A DNA stretch of 64,000 nt from NCBI GenBank assembly GCA_002189035.1, contig NEEC01000023.1, positions 744,001 through 808,000 of the forward strand, written 5' to 3'. Positions 48,061-61,299 of the stretch are shown piece by piece; position 1 is the first letter of the stretch, and each line of letters starts with the position of its first letter. The notes under the pieces were generated by a model. It was not told the DNA's origin. It saw nothing but the letters and a program-made list of their open reading frames with translations, and made no database searches. The position numbers were made by a program, and so were the translations under genes. Origin of the DNA: Utricularia gibba. Its lineage: Eukaryota; Plantae; Magnoliophyta.

Positions 48061-49695
48061 CCTCTCTTTGAGGCGTATCAGTGATCAGTGATCTCTTTTT
48101 TTCATATTACAGATTTTCTCAAGTCATCAAAAAAGCAACCCCCACCTGACACTACAGGAATGAACAACAAGACCAGCACGTTCTATTCGATATTAGCTTG
48201 TAAAAACAGTAGATCCTTAACTGCAAATGTGAACCAACGACATCGCCCCCAGCCAGAGAGTAAAGTTAAGCACTTCATTCACAGGCATGGAATACCGCAG
48301 ATACTCAATCAAGATAAAGAACTGAAAGAAAACGAAAAATCTGACAAAACAATCTCCACCGGGCAATAAATCAGGTATATGCCACCAGAACGAAAAAATT
48401 AGATTTTCAGGTTTCCGACAACCCCATGCTACAACTACTACGGAAGATAAAACAAAATCAGCATCAAAGCCCACAATTGGCTACAATTTGAATCATATGC
48501 ATCAGACGAACCACCAAAGAGAAGCGCACACCAACCTGATTAAGCAATCCTACGAAGCCAAAGACCCAGATTGCAAACGAGTATACCAGAAAGCCAACAA
48601 TCTCAGGTTCAACTCGAGAAATCAGTACTCCCACGAACTCAATGAGGTAAAATGTTTAGCAGGATTTGCTAATCCATTCATATAAGAGTCCCCGAAAAGG
48701 TTGAGCCTTCAGTCTGTCTCCGTGTTACCCTGTTAATAAATGGGGCCGTGAAGAAACTGAAAACAAAGATGATTGACAGCTGTTTGTCAAGAAAAAAAAA
48801 TCTTGAGAAAATGGATTCAAGTTGAAAGAAACGGCGGAGAGAAGGCGCATGATGGCAGCGAAAAGGAGGACCAGCCGTGGGTAGGTCTCGGTTAGGATCG
48901 GTGAGTCATGACCGTCGATCAATCCAACTCACGACTTCACCCTTCCAGATTTCAAACAACGGTCGGAAACAAAATGGAGAATTTCAATACCCATCGTGAT
49001 TATCTGGCTACAAAACAAATTGCTTAGGAATCACTCTTTTCCTAAGACAGATGTGAACAGCCAATCATTTCAATCATGTGTTCCATTTACTCGGCTCACC
49101 AACTACAAGAAGTTGCAATAACTCAAGTTCTTTGTCGAATGATCCTCAACGTGGTAGGATCCTCGGATTACGAATGCATTACATGGGAGGAGTGCAACGA
49201 ATCAAAGACTTGAGTCTTGACAAATGCACATTGTTGCATCTGAGTTAACATGTTTAGTTCCACTCACGTTGCTCTCACCCAACTGCAAAGAAGTAAAAGA
49301 TGTCACGCCACATCTATCTGCGCTAGGTTCTGTATCCCCTTTCTGGTGATATCTGTAAAGCTCTTTCATTTCTCCGACCTTCCTCTTTTTGGTTGCTGCA
49401 GTTCCAAAACGGCGTCCGAAGAGAACTCTTGGGCCACGATCTGAGCCAAATCCAGATCGATTTGGGGGGTCAGGCCAGTCACAAACCCTAGGTTCATAAA
49501 GCTACTCTTGTTCTATCTCTATTTCCCCCTTTATTCTTCGAGATCTGATTAGATGCATTCCAAGAAGACGTCAATGGAGGGCATTATCGATTTCGCCGTT
49601 TCATTGGCTGCTATGCGTGTCGTATGATACTCAGCGACGCACTGTGTAGGTGGGTTATATATTTTGTTTGGATAGAAAAGAGGAAAAGCGACAAC

Positions 49696-51919
49696 ATGGA
49701 TAGGGTATTTTCGGTGGACGAAATGGCTGACCCGTACTGGTCGTCTCACGCGCCCCCCAATCGCCTCCGCGAGAAAGCTGACTCGGATCAGCAATCCGTA
49801 TCCGCCGCTGCGCCGTCGTCGTCGTCCACGAAGGATCTGCGGATCAGTCGCAGCCCGTCTGAATGGGCGTTACAGAAGTTCCTTCAGGAGGTCGCGTTAC
49901 CTGGTCGCGACAGTGGCGTCCCAGAAGGCGACGATAACGCTGACATAAAAGGGCATCATGAGGTTCAGAAGGACGATCAGTCTCGGCAGATCGTCCCCCA
50001 CCGAGTATTCCCACTGATTCAGAAGCATATCAGGCCTTCCTCAAAAGTCGACTTGATTTGGCCTGCGCTGCTGTCGCTATGAACTGGGTGGGTTCTTTTC
50101 TTTCTATTGTACAGTGGGTTTAGAGTTAAATAGGGATTTACTGTTTCTTCGTTCAGCATACCCCAACTGCATCATGTGATGATTCACGGACTTGTGAATT
50201 CACATGGTAATCTCTTAAAAGTGTAGCTGATTCATCAGGGCCGTGTGACTATGGTTTGGGATTCACGCTTATTTGCACATATTGCCTGTCTTAGTTTGGC
50301 CAAAAAGCGTTCCCTTTTTTTTCCAGGCAACCAACCCCAAGCCTCCAGAGTCTGTTCCAGCAGCATCAGAAGGTGGCTCCCAAGCATCAAATTCATCAAA
50401 TATTAAAGGTGATTGGACTAATCGTATGAATTAAGTTTACCCGTTTTCCCATTTTCTACGTATGTAAATTCTACAGCTTTAATTCGTAGAAAAGCTGTTC
50501 ACATTTAGCGCATATCTGTTGCTTATTTACTTCTCTTACGCCCCAACAGAGTTGTTATTCTTTGTGTTAGTAAATCAGTATCACTGGATTCTGTGTAAAG
50601 GAGTTGTTTCTGGAGTAGAAGGTTCTTCTTATTTGATGAGTGTCAATAATGAATGATAATAGTTGCCACTCGTGTGGTCCAGGGGTAGATTCCCTAACAA
50701 TCTTAATCGTGCTTTCTATTCAGCAAGCGAATGGGAAACCATGAAGTCACAGGATAGGGACTCTGCACAGCCTCTTGGTACGCCGCTCGCACCAGCAGCA
50801 TCCAGGAAATCTGGGGCTCAAGTGCGATCAACAACAAGTGGGTCATCTGGAGAGCTGTCTGATTATGATGAAGCTGATGGCGAAACTGAGGATACCCAAA
50901 ATCAGGACCCTGCAGATGCGAAACGTATGAGAAGGTATTTTCAAAATGCAGTGTGGCTGCTATAACTTTTACTGATTAACATCTCGAATTCATGGTGTCG
51001 CCTACTGACGTCTGCTCTTCAATTAGAAACTCTCTTTACCAGGCTTACTTTCAAACCTTGTCCAGTATTCAGTTTCTATTACAATGCAGAATGCTTTCAA
51101 ATAGAGAGTCAGCTCGACGTTCAAGAAGGAGAAAACAGGCGCATTTGACTGAGCTTGAGACACAGGTATGTGGCAAGCAATTTTATCCTTTTTCTGTTTA
51201 ACCTCCAAAGCAACTTCTTTGTTAAGTATTTGCTTCCATATTTCTAGGTCTCGCAATTAAGAGGTGAAAATTCTTCTCTACTGAAGCGCCTTACTGACAT
51301 AAGCCAGAAATATAATGAGGCAGCTGTTGACAATCGAGTCCTGAAAGCTGATGTTGAAACTCTGAGAGCCAAAGTAAGCTGACCAGTAATATCCATCCAT
51401 CATCAATTTTTTCTGTGCTAAAAACCAGGCTTTCATGTTGATGGCTTTGCAATTTCAGCTTCATTCTCCATACGAAAAGAGAACTCAAACTTATAACTGT
51501 GTTTTGGATATATGATGAAAGCAATTCTTATGATGGTCATGTCGTTGTAACAGGTGAAAATGGCTGAGGAATCTGTTAAAAGAGTTACCGGACTGAACCC
51601 TCTGTTCCAGGCCATGTCTGAAATGACCACAGTGGAGATACCATCTTTCATCGGCAGTCCTGATGCATCAGCTGAAGCTTCTGTGCCATTGCAAGAGGAA
51701 CCAAATCAGCGATGCTATCAGACCTCCACCAGCGGCCATATGATGGACCGCAGACCTCAAAGCAGCTTCGTAGATAGCATCTCAGCCGAAAGCCAGCCTC
51801 AAAAGGCAGCTCCAGGAGCTGGGGTCTCCAAGATGGGAGGAAATGGTTCATTACCGAGAGTAGCCAGCTTGGAGCACCTAACAAAGCGCATCCGTGAAGG
51901 CGCAGGTGGAAAGAAGTAG
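49696..51919 (+). CDS. Group C bZIP transcription factor (bZIP63/CPRF2-like)
   Basis: [109 protein letters not shown] and [13 protein letters not shown]. One -1 indel in the C run 49995-49999. Confidence 0.94.
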
Positions 51920-52730
51920 GGTCGGGTCCGGTTATTATGTAAGATCTAGTGCCTTCTGTGCCCCCTGCCTGATGCATTCTTAGCCTTCAGGCAAGATTTG
52001 TTGCAGCAGCTGCTGCTGGCACAGACATTCCAGACAATAGACTTCGTTAACTTTTCCTACCTCGGTCGTCGGCTGTTAGGGGAGCAGTACCCCAACAAAA
52101 AAAGAAGGCAATAATAGCCCAAGGCTGTATAGGCCCACGAAGCGTTACCATATTAATTACCACGAAAACCAAGAGAGCGCTGCTGTTCTGAAGTTTTCCC
52201 TCGCTCGCGTTTACTGGAGTCGTGGCTGTGCTTTTTGACGGTCGCCCTCGCTCTGCAACTGGAACTGCTTCCGTGGTGATTATCGTGAGGTGATTTCGCG
52301 GCCCCCTTTCACTTCATTTTCTCCTTCCTCCCTGCGAAATCTGTTGGCCCTTTTCAAAGTTCTCTGGGAAATTTCACTTCCCGTCCCGTCCCCATCAATT
52401 AGATTTCTAGTCATGAGACTGGGTTATGTTTTGTGGTTTCTACTTGTCCCGGTCGAAGGATGAAGTCCAATTTTGATTGATTCGTGATTGTAATCAACCT
52501 TGCAGCATGTTTCCGTTCCCGAAACCCATGTTCACACTTGCAAACGAAAATGAGAAACAGACTTCAAGCATCATGTTTGCCTCAAAGTCTCTCTCGGATT
52601 TTCTTTTGCAAGTGTGATCGTGTTTTTACACAGGAAATGCATCTTCTTGCTAACACAAAAACTGAATTCTCACGTACCCGAAAATTGGTTTCCCTCGCTA
52701 TCTTTTCATCAGGTTTTCGGCAAGCGGGTG

Positions 52731-53186
52731 ATGGATAGCAAGGGGCGTGCGGATAGATTCAAGAAGTATGATGCAGAATATAAGCAATACTTGATGGCCA
52801 AATACTTCTCAGATAAAACACTTTATGGAGGTAGAGTGAACCATGTCTCTCTCCTTCATGTTGTAACAAGCAACTAAAAAATGCCATCCTTCACAGGCAA
52901 CATCTATGATGTGAAGATGACTATAGATGGGCAAACTATTTCTGCTGGAAGGTAACAGAAAATACCACCTTTTCTTCAATCTGCGTGAGCAGATGGAAAA
53001 AGATTGTATTTTTTTCACTGGTGTGTTGTTGGTTTGTGTAGATTTCCTCCATTTCAGTCGTTTGTTGATCCAGCTGCTTTTTATGAGCTTATCAAGAAGG
53101 ACTCCATTGAAAGTGAAAGCCCCACTGCGACAACAACAACCACCGGTCCTCCAAGCGATATTAAACCTGGAGCCCAAGGAAACTGA
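52731..53186 (+). CDS. Small plant protein of unknown function (about 99 aa)
   Basis: Three phase-consistent exons (52731-52830, 52897-52951, 53042-53186): MDSKGRADRFKKYDAEYKQYLMAKYFSDKTLYGGNIYDVKMTIDGQTISAGRFPPFQSFVDPAAFY... Confidence 0.75.
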
Positions 53187-53501
53187 GATCTGAGATGTGA
53201 TATGTGAGGGAGAGCCCTCAAGAATGTTACTTGTTGCTTGTGGAAGGATGCTAGTTAAGGGAATGAGAGGAGAACAAAAGCTTTGAGAAGGATTTGTTAT
53301 TTAAAACTGTAAACGGGAAGAGTGGTGGACCATCATCCTTCAATGATCTGAAATCAGTATACAGAAGCAAACGACGAAGGTTTGGATGGGGTCTGATCCG
53401 GTCAACAGAAGAAAAACCATCTAGATCCAAAAGCCCAGAACCAGCAAGCATTACGTAAAAAAAGCAGACAATTGCAAGACTCACAGGCGCCGCCGGCGAA
53501 G

Positions 53502-53891
53502 TCAGGCACTTGATTCGACCGTGTGGCCTTTCTCCTTGTCTTTCCGTTTCATGGCTGCTTTTCTCACGATCGGAGATCGACCGATCATAGTAGCATCGAA
53601 CTCCAAGCGGCGCATCCGTCGTCTCCTCCTGATCGTCACGCGCCGCTGAATATATGGCACGCCGATGACTGATCCGGCAGTCACCTGGTGGATCGCTTTC
53701 ACCAGCAGATCAAGGCCCGGACATCGATGAGAAACCTCCTGTGCGGCGGTCGATGGGAAAAATTGGCGAGAAGTGGATGAATCTTGAGACGACGCGAATG
53801 AATGAGGCGCCGTCACCGACGAGGACTCGGACGAGGATAGCAATGGCGGAGATGACGAGCTCCCCAGCGACTCTCTATCGCGTATCCTCAT
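53502..53891 (-). CDS. Small Ser-rich/basic protein of unknown function
   Basis: 129-aa ORF containing the block GLDLLVKAIHQVTAGSVIGVPYIQRRV followed by an Arg-rich NLS-like stretch. Function not recognised. Confidence 0.6.
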   Translation of the reverse strand: MRIRDRESLGSSSSPPLLSSSESSSVTAPHSFASSQDSSTSRQFFPSTAAQEVSHRCPGLDLLVKAIHQVTAGSVIGVPYIQRRVTIRRRRRMRRLEFDATMIGRSPIVRKAAMKRKDKEKGHTVESSA

Positions 53892-54223
53892 CGCCGGAGG
53901 AAACCGTGAAATTGGAATTCAGACTTTCGCTGGATCCCCTGCTCAGAAAAAGCCCCACCTTTCACGCGGAATCCCTGTGGGTAGGGGTTTTATACCGACG
54001 GTCACTGCCAAACAAACCGGCTGACTGAGTGATTACTTTTGTTCTGTTGCAGAATTATCATTTTTCTCTTGCCGACAGAGAAACAAACAAAGCGGCCATC
54101 TGAGAAGTCCTCCACTAGGAAGGTGCATTGAGCTTCAGGCAAAGCTTTAGGCTTCCGACAAAGATAAACTGCTGAAACACAAGTTTTCAGTGCTCAGGAA
54201 CTGTCACAGCACATTTCTTTCAG

Positions 54224-55491
54224 CTAAGAGGAGGCATTTGGGCAGGGAGACTCATTTTGTCCCTTGCTCTTTGAGCCAGGAGGGCAAGCTTTTGTTCCTC
54301 TGGCAGTTCCTCCTGTGCTACGCCGATGAGTTGCTCTTGCTGCCATCTCCGATGGAGGAGGCGGTTTCATGGGTGCATCACTGCAGCTCTTCCGACGGCT
54401 GAGATTCGGTGATTTCGCACGAGTAACTGGTATCTGCAAAACAGGCGTCCTTTTATGCCGCGAGAAAGTCTGGATGCCTTTGTAGCCCCTCTTCTCTTCC
54501 ATTACCTTTTTAAGCTCAACTTTTGCAGGAGGACCTTCGTGATAAAAACTTGGGACTGGATTTGCTTTGTAGCTCATGTTCTTTCTCATCAGTTTCAGAG
54601 CCGCTTCTTCTTCTTCCTGGTTACACTCCAAAAGTAACAAAAGCAGTTTCAACCGGTGAAGAAACGAAGCTAAACTTCTAAGGCTACCTTAACTCTAGCT
54701 TCGTATTCAAGCTTCTCCCTTTCCAGGGCCCTGTGTTTCTCCTCCAGCTTCGAGTAAAACTAGTCACCAAAATGGCTCAAGGGCTTTAACGATGATAAAT
54801 GGTGATGGTAACAGATGTTCGTCACAGAAATGTACCTCCTTGCGCCTTTGCAGACGATCCACACAAGTAAACCTGGGGGCGACTGGAACAGTGATTTTAG
54901 CAGTGCGCAAAGAAGTAGCAGTGCTGAATCGGTAAGGGCAATCAAACTGTGACAACGTTAGCAATGAAAGGACATGGATTGCAAGAAAGAGATGCAGATT
55001 AGGGAAGGATACGAGGCAGCCAGTGACCAATACTCATTTTCATCACGGCCGCTTTTACTGTTACTACTGGGAAGGTGATGCTTCCTCTCAGCTACATGGA
55101 ACTCTGGCTGAGGCAACTTCGGAACAAAATTCAAGGTTAAGGGGGGCAAAGAGTACAGGCATATGGTGCACTTTGTATTTGATGTTTCATACACGGAATT
55201 TCGAGCAACCCAAAAAGAAAGGTAATAACACGCAAAATACTTCTTACATTCACTGACCTCCAACTTTTTATCTGGCTCAGGAGATTGTGAATCAGTGCAT
55301 CTGGGGAAGGATTCCAACTTCTTTTCTTGGGGCACAGAAGGGGATACGGATTCAACAGGAGAGCTTAACTTCATCTCGTTCAAGCTCTGAACCTCAGCCC
55401 CAATTATCCTCTCCTCTGGCTCATGGTTACAGATTGTTCTTCCTACCGCCGCGTCCTGCTTCTGTCTGCATCCATCATCGTCCTCTCCCAT
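54224..55491 (-). CDS. WDL: TPX2-domain microtubule-associated protein, WVD2-like
   Basis: ITVPVAPRFTCVDRLQRRKE|FYSKLEEKHRALE...|EEEEAALKLMRKNMSYKANPVPSFYHEGPPAKVELKK|IPVTRAKSPNL (KLEEK motif). Confidence 0.9.
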
Positions 55492-57395
55492 TTGCCTGCA
55501 GGAAAAGATATCCAGAACGAACTGTTCTAAAGGAGGTATACATTTCCAGCAACAGGAGCATGAAAACTATTCTACGCAATTCATGGGTATATCATTGAGA
55601 AGCTGAATTCAAATGCCTCATCTGGAACGAGCGTACGCATACACAAAGCTGGCCTTGATCGAATTCTCGACCGAAATTCTGAAAAAAGGATGAAAAGTCC
55701 ACCCCAACACTAGCAAAATAGCAACTTCATCACCCTTGCCAGCAAAGCTCCAAACTTTTCAGCTAAAAGAAACACAAACGCAATGGAGAAGTTGAAATAA
55801 CCAGAAACCGTGACACCCCGCCGGCCCAACTGTTGAGAGGGAGATTACCCAGAAAAAAAAAACAGCATGCAAATCGAGCCAAACAACAAAAGACAATGCA
55901 TGAAAATGAAATAAAAAAAAAAGAAAAGGTTTACGTTCCATCTAGAGATAGGATTGAAAACAACGAGACAAAATCAATAAAGGAAGAAAGCCGCCGTACT
56001 GGGCCTCGCTTCCTCCCCGCGGTCTCCGATGAGAGTGACAAAATCCCCCAGTGGATACGGCCCCCCACAACCTTCAACGCCACACCTGCAACAAAACGTG
56101 AGCCCGGCTCCCTTCTCTTCAGCAATTGGTTAGCCAGGAATTAATGTGTTGGAAACTTTCTTCTCCAAAGCAATTACTCAATATTCTCTCATCCCAATCA
56201 CTCTGTTTAAAAAGAAAGCTCCTTTTTTGCGCAACAAATTCAGTTCACACCCCACAATTCAACTCCTAAACGACGGCTCCCTTTTCGAAGTCGTCCTCTG
56301 CATGCGTTCTCACAGTCCGTCTCCATTTGACATTGCATTGATTGAATAACTTACCCGTAAAATCATCCAAAATTAATAACGAGATTCCTCCACAAGAAAG
56401 GGATTCACCGATCGCCATTACATCCTCGTCACTGATGCACTGTTCATAAGAGCGATGGTCACGTGATCGTTCCGACATAAATATTACTCAATAACAAAAA
56501 AAAGATCAGCAATTTAGAAAAAAAAAAAGAATTTTGTTCTTCTTACCATCGGCATTGGCAAGGAATGGTAGCTTCTGGTTGCTGTTGCCGATTGGTAGTC
56601 GCCGTTTCCTCCCTTCGTTTACCAAGATAACACATGCGTCTCCTGGAAGTTGGATGTCGCGGCCTGAGGAGTTAGTTCTTCCTAAACGGTTTTCCTGCCT
56701 GGTCTCGGCTCCAAGATCCCGAGTGCAATAGAGTCGTGGCTTCTCGCTCAGTCTCGATTCCAGGACGATGTGAGTGCAAATCATTCATTATCTTTTTCAC
56801 CCTGTTGGGTGACGCCTGATTTAATCCTTCTTAAAAAAATGTGTGACTTCATGCTTTTGCGGGTTAGTGCAGCGATATCCATCTGGTCACTTTTTTCAGA
56901 TTTTTTTTATTTGGATTCTTTTTTGAGTTTCAGAAAATCAATCCAATGACACTGTGCTGGGGTGGGATGATGGGTGATTCTCTCTATCACAGGGGATGAT
57001 TATCATTCCCATGTATTTTCGGATCCAAATCGCATTCTGATTATCAAGATTCGCATTCATAAGATTGGGGTCAAACTGAAATATGTAATTGTTTTGCTTT
57101 AAGTTGATGTTATGCCAACTGCAATCTTTTTGCTTGCTTGATGACGAGCCCTTAACTTGCAGACACAGTACTCTGCGTAGTGCTTACTGACTGTAGGCCA
57201 TCTATAGCAATCTTCTCTAGTGCTTTTTTCCGGCCCCTCCCTTGTGATCATCATTTGATGACAATTTATTTATTAGTGACATTATTATATTGACTATCGA
57301 AGCTTTTGAGATTCATTCTTGAGAATGGGTGAAATCTTTCCTTAATAGTTGTTTCCCTTGCTCCATGTATCCTTTTTTTTTTTTTCAGAAATGCA

Positions 57396-60300
57396 ATGGC
57401 TGAAGCTGATCAGAAAGATCCTGATCTGGAAACTGATCTTGAAAATACATATCATCCTGAGAATGAATATGCCATTGAACGTGAAATCAAGCATGGGGAT
57501 GCTACTGAAGAAGATAAGCGTGTCTTGGATGATGAAGTTTTAGAGAGCTTTCTTCCTGATGAAGTACCAAACTATACTGATGAACCAATTGGTGGAATTG
57601 GCGAGAAATGGCCAGGGTGGCCTGGAGAGAGCGTGTTCAGGATGCTGGTTCCTGCACAAAAGGTTGGTAGTATAATTGGACGTAAAGGAGAGTATATTAA
57701 GAAAATATGCGAAGAGACAAGATCTCGAATTAAAATTCTTGATGGTCCACCAGGAGCAAGGGAAAGAGCTGTAAGTAAAGCATATCACACTGTACACCAC
57801 AATAGCTATATCCTATTTTCCAGTGTTACAATAATTTTGCACTATGTTCTTGAGGCCAGCCTTATTTATTTCAGGAGCACTTGTTCTATTTGGTTTTGCA
57901 TGTTATTTTTCCCAGCATGGGCATGTCTTGTTGGTTCTGCATGAACTTGCGAATCTCTTTATTTCTTTGGTTAATATTGGTGGCTAACTTCTATTCTGCT
58001 CTTGCATGTTGGAATCTGTTTCTATGGAATATTTGTATCTTTGAACTTACGCTCTAACTATAAATTAACGTGTTGAAACACCTTGTTTTCGATCATTTCC
58101 AGAAGAATGTGCATATTCATGCAAATATTTAGGTGCTTAAATATGTAACCTTTTTATTCGCAACAGTTATCCCTTCTAGTCTTGTTTTCCCCTACATGGC
58201 ATGCCAGAAAGTTCGAAGCATAGAGCTAAAACCAAGCTTTATAGGTAATAGCGTAAAAGTTGAATTTTACATATTAATTTATTTCTTCACACCGTATTGT
58301 AACATAATAAAATTTTCAGGGTAAAGGAATGTAACTCTAGTAATGTGCGAGGTAACTGAATATATGAAACCGGATGAATCTACATCAACCACTATGCGAA
58401 CAAGATTATGTAGTTTAAGAAGGAGATTATGCATTTATTTGAAGTTTGACATCTCTCGTTTTTTTCGGTTGGGGATGGTGATCAACTCGGTTGGCTGGAA
58501 AGAATAACTTCTGAAAGAAGTCTAAAATCAATGCTGTGTCTCCATTTAATAGGATTCTAAGAAAGTATAATATGAAATTGCAGGTTTGCAGCATAGCATC
58601 TAAAGACCATGGGATGATTCTCATGGATGTAGAGTTTCAAATAGATCTGGACTGAAGGTTGGCGATTTACTAGGTTCTAGCTCTCCCCACTCCCAAATCT
58701 TCTGTATTGATGCTTGATTTGAAGGTCACTTGAGATTCTGCAAGGAAGTAGTAAATATGGCAGATAAAATGCCTTTTTTCTCCACTAATTGGAAACACTA
58801 GAACCCGAGGCTGAAGTAAAATTCCACCAATTCGTCACATAGTCTTGACAAAGAAACTACTTATAGAGTTATTGTACTCAATCCAGTTGCCATGCAGATT
58901 ACTATAGAAAATAACATCTGTAATTGAATGAGAATCTCCGTATATATTTTGAACTAACGGCTGATACATTGCATCAAATGAACTAATTCAGATTGTTTGG
59001 TAGGCATGCACTGTTTGATACAATATGAATCTGAAATCTGATTTTTGGGAAACTGGTTAATTTTTGGATATCCCCAGTTCTGATCTCGAAAGTTTCTATG
59101 GTTGCAGTAGTTTATAATTCTTTCTACTGTCATTCATGTTTTCTGATATCAAACTTCTGTGGTAGGTTATGGTTTCTGCCAAGGAGGAACTTGATCTTCC
59201 TCTCCCTCCTGCTATTGATGGTCTCCTCAAGGTTCATAGGCGAGTTGTGGAAGGCCTTGAAAATGAGTCTTCCCTTCCTCTTCCGAGTGCTGGAGTCAAG
59301 GAATCGACTAGATTGCTTGTGCCAGGGGCACAAGCCGGAAGTCTGATTGGGAAGCAAGGAGCTACGGTTAAATCCATTCAAGATGAATCTAACAGCATTG
59401 TTAGGGTTTTGGGATCAGGTTTCTATCTCTCCAGTTTTTTTGGTTTATACCCTCCTTTTGAACTCCCTGCTTTAAGTGTCTGCCCGTTCACTCAAGTTGA
59501 AACACCTATTTGTAAATATGCTGATGAGTGTCATGAACTCTTCAATTTTTTTTTTACCAATTCTGTTATTACTGTCGGTTCACTGTTTCCTAGCCTATGT
59601 TTCGACATTTCATCCATCGCTACAGTCAAAATTTATGTTGTGGAACCCCTGGTTCCTCTGTTCAATCCTGATGTTTGTTATATATTTTTGAAAGATGATA
59701 GTTTCTTCATCAATTTTTATCGTTTTTCCTCCGTATTAGGATATATATCATATGAACTGGTTGATTTTTCCAACATGGTTGATTGTTTGTTGTGTTGATT
59801 GCAGAAGAGCTCCCGGTTTTTGCTCTTCCAGATGATAGAATTGTAGAGATAGTGGGCGAGCCAGCTAGCATCCATAAGGCCGTTGAATTAATTGCTTCTC
59901 ATTTGAGAAAGTTTTTACTTGATCGTAGTGTTATATCATTTATAGAAATGTTGGTGAGTACTGAAAATCCATGACAATGGCGATGTGATGATATAATCTG
60001 ATTTTGGATCTTTTCATATTATTGTAGATGCAAACACCAAATTCTCATGTGGATAGTATGCCCACTGCCCAGCCATGGGGCTTGCCTAATCAGTCCTTCC
60101 CTCCAAACCCACCTGGAGGTCCTGGATATGGTGCTAGTCCACATTTCCTGCATCCTTCTCGGCCATATGATAGCTATTGCCCCCCTGTCGATGTGCCTCC
60201 AGAGAAACAACCTCATCAAGGCATATCTGCATATGGAAGAGAGACCCAAATACCAGTGCATTCATCCATTGGCCCACCAGCGCCATCAGTAATCACGCAG

Positions 60301-61006
60301 GTTGGGAATTTCATGTTTAAACTTAACTTAAAACGTTTAAGATCGTTCAAAATTGGTGCTGTTGCTACTTCAAATATAAGCATCATCCAGTATGTTGAGC
60401 CTAAGGTGACCTTTCAAAGGGGATTTTTTTTTTTTTTCTGTATTGATAGTTATTTGAAGGCGTCTCTGTGTTTGCTATGGTAAGAGGAGACCGTGCATGT
60501 CCTGGTTTGGTTTAACGTTTTTTTTTAAAAAAAAAACTGCAGACCACACAGCAGTTGCAAATCCCATTGTCCTATGCTGATGCTGTAATTGGTACTCAAG
60601 GTGCAAGCATAAGCTACATTCGGAGGGTTAGTGGTGCTACTGTTTCAATACAAGAAACAAGGGGAGTTCCTAGCGAGATGACAGTGGAGATCAGTGGAAC
60701 TGCTTCTCAAGTCCAAACTGCACAGCAGCTGATTCAGGTAACGAAATCCAAAACATTGATTTGGTTCTGTTTCCATTTCTTGTACTTTTCTAACTAAGAT
60801 GTTGACATTTCATCTTAAACCTCGAGCAGAATTTCATGGCAGAGGCTGCTGGTGCAGCTCCAGCACAGGTTGCTTCGTCCGGTGATCAGCAGGGGTACAG
60901 CACTTATGAAGCTGCTCATAGCTCCCTGTATATGTCCCAACCTCCATCTTCTAATATTTCTGGTCAACCTGGAGGATACGGCTCTGGGTATGGCTACATG
61001 AGCTAG
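57396..61006 (+). CDS. FLK: Triple-KH-domain RNA-binding protein FLOWERING LOCUS K-like
   Basis: [29 protein letters not shown] (KH1), [18 protein letters not shown] (KH2), [23 protein letters not shown] (KH3); stop TAG 61004-61006. Intron 1 is 57771-59165. Confidence 0.93.
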
Positions 61007-61299
61007 TTCTGCTATGAACACCATATTTGTATTGCGACAGGTGAGTTGGGGGGAGGCTGTTTAACAGGCCATGACTGCTCGGTCTCCCTGAAACCCATCC
61101 TTTACACAATTTTTTTTCTATATCTCTGTGATAAAACACCATTTCTAAATATCCAAACAGAAGACTTGTGAGGAATGGCCCTTCTGGGTTTACTCTTATG
61201 CTTCTTTGTGCGTATACACAACGTAAAAAATATACAGTTGCCAAGTACAAAAATGCTGCTAGCTGCTACCTCATTGATGAAATTGAAAAGAAAGACTAT

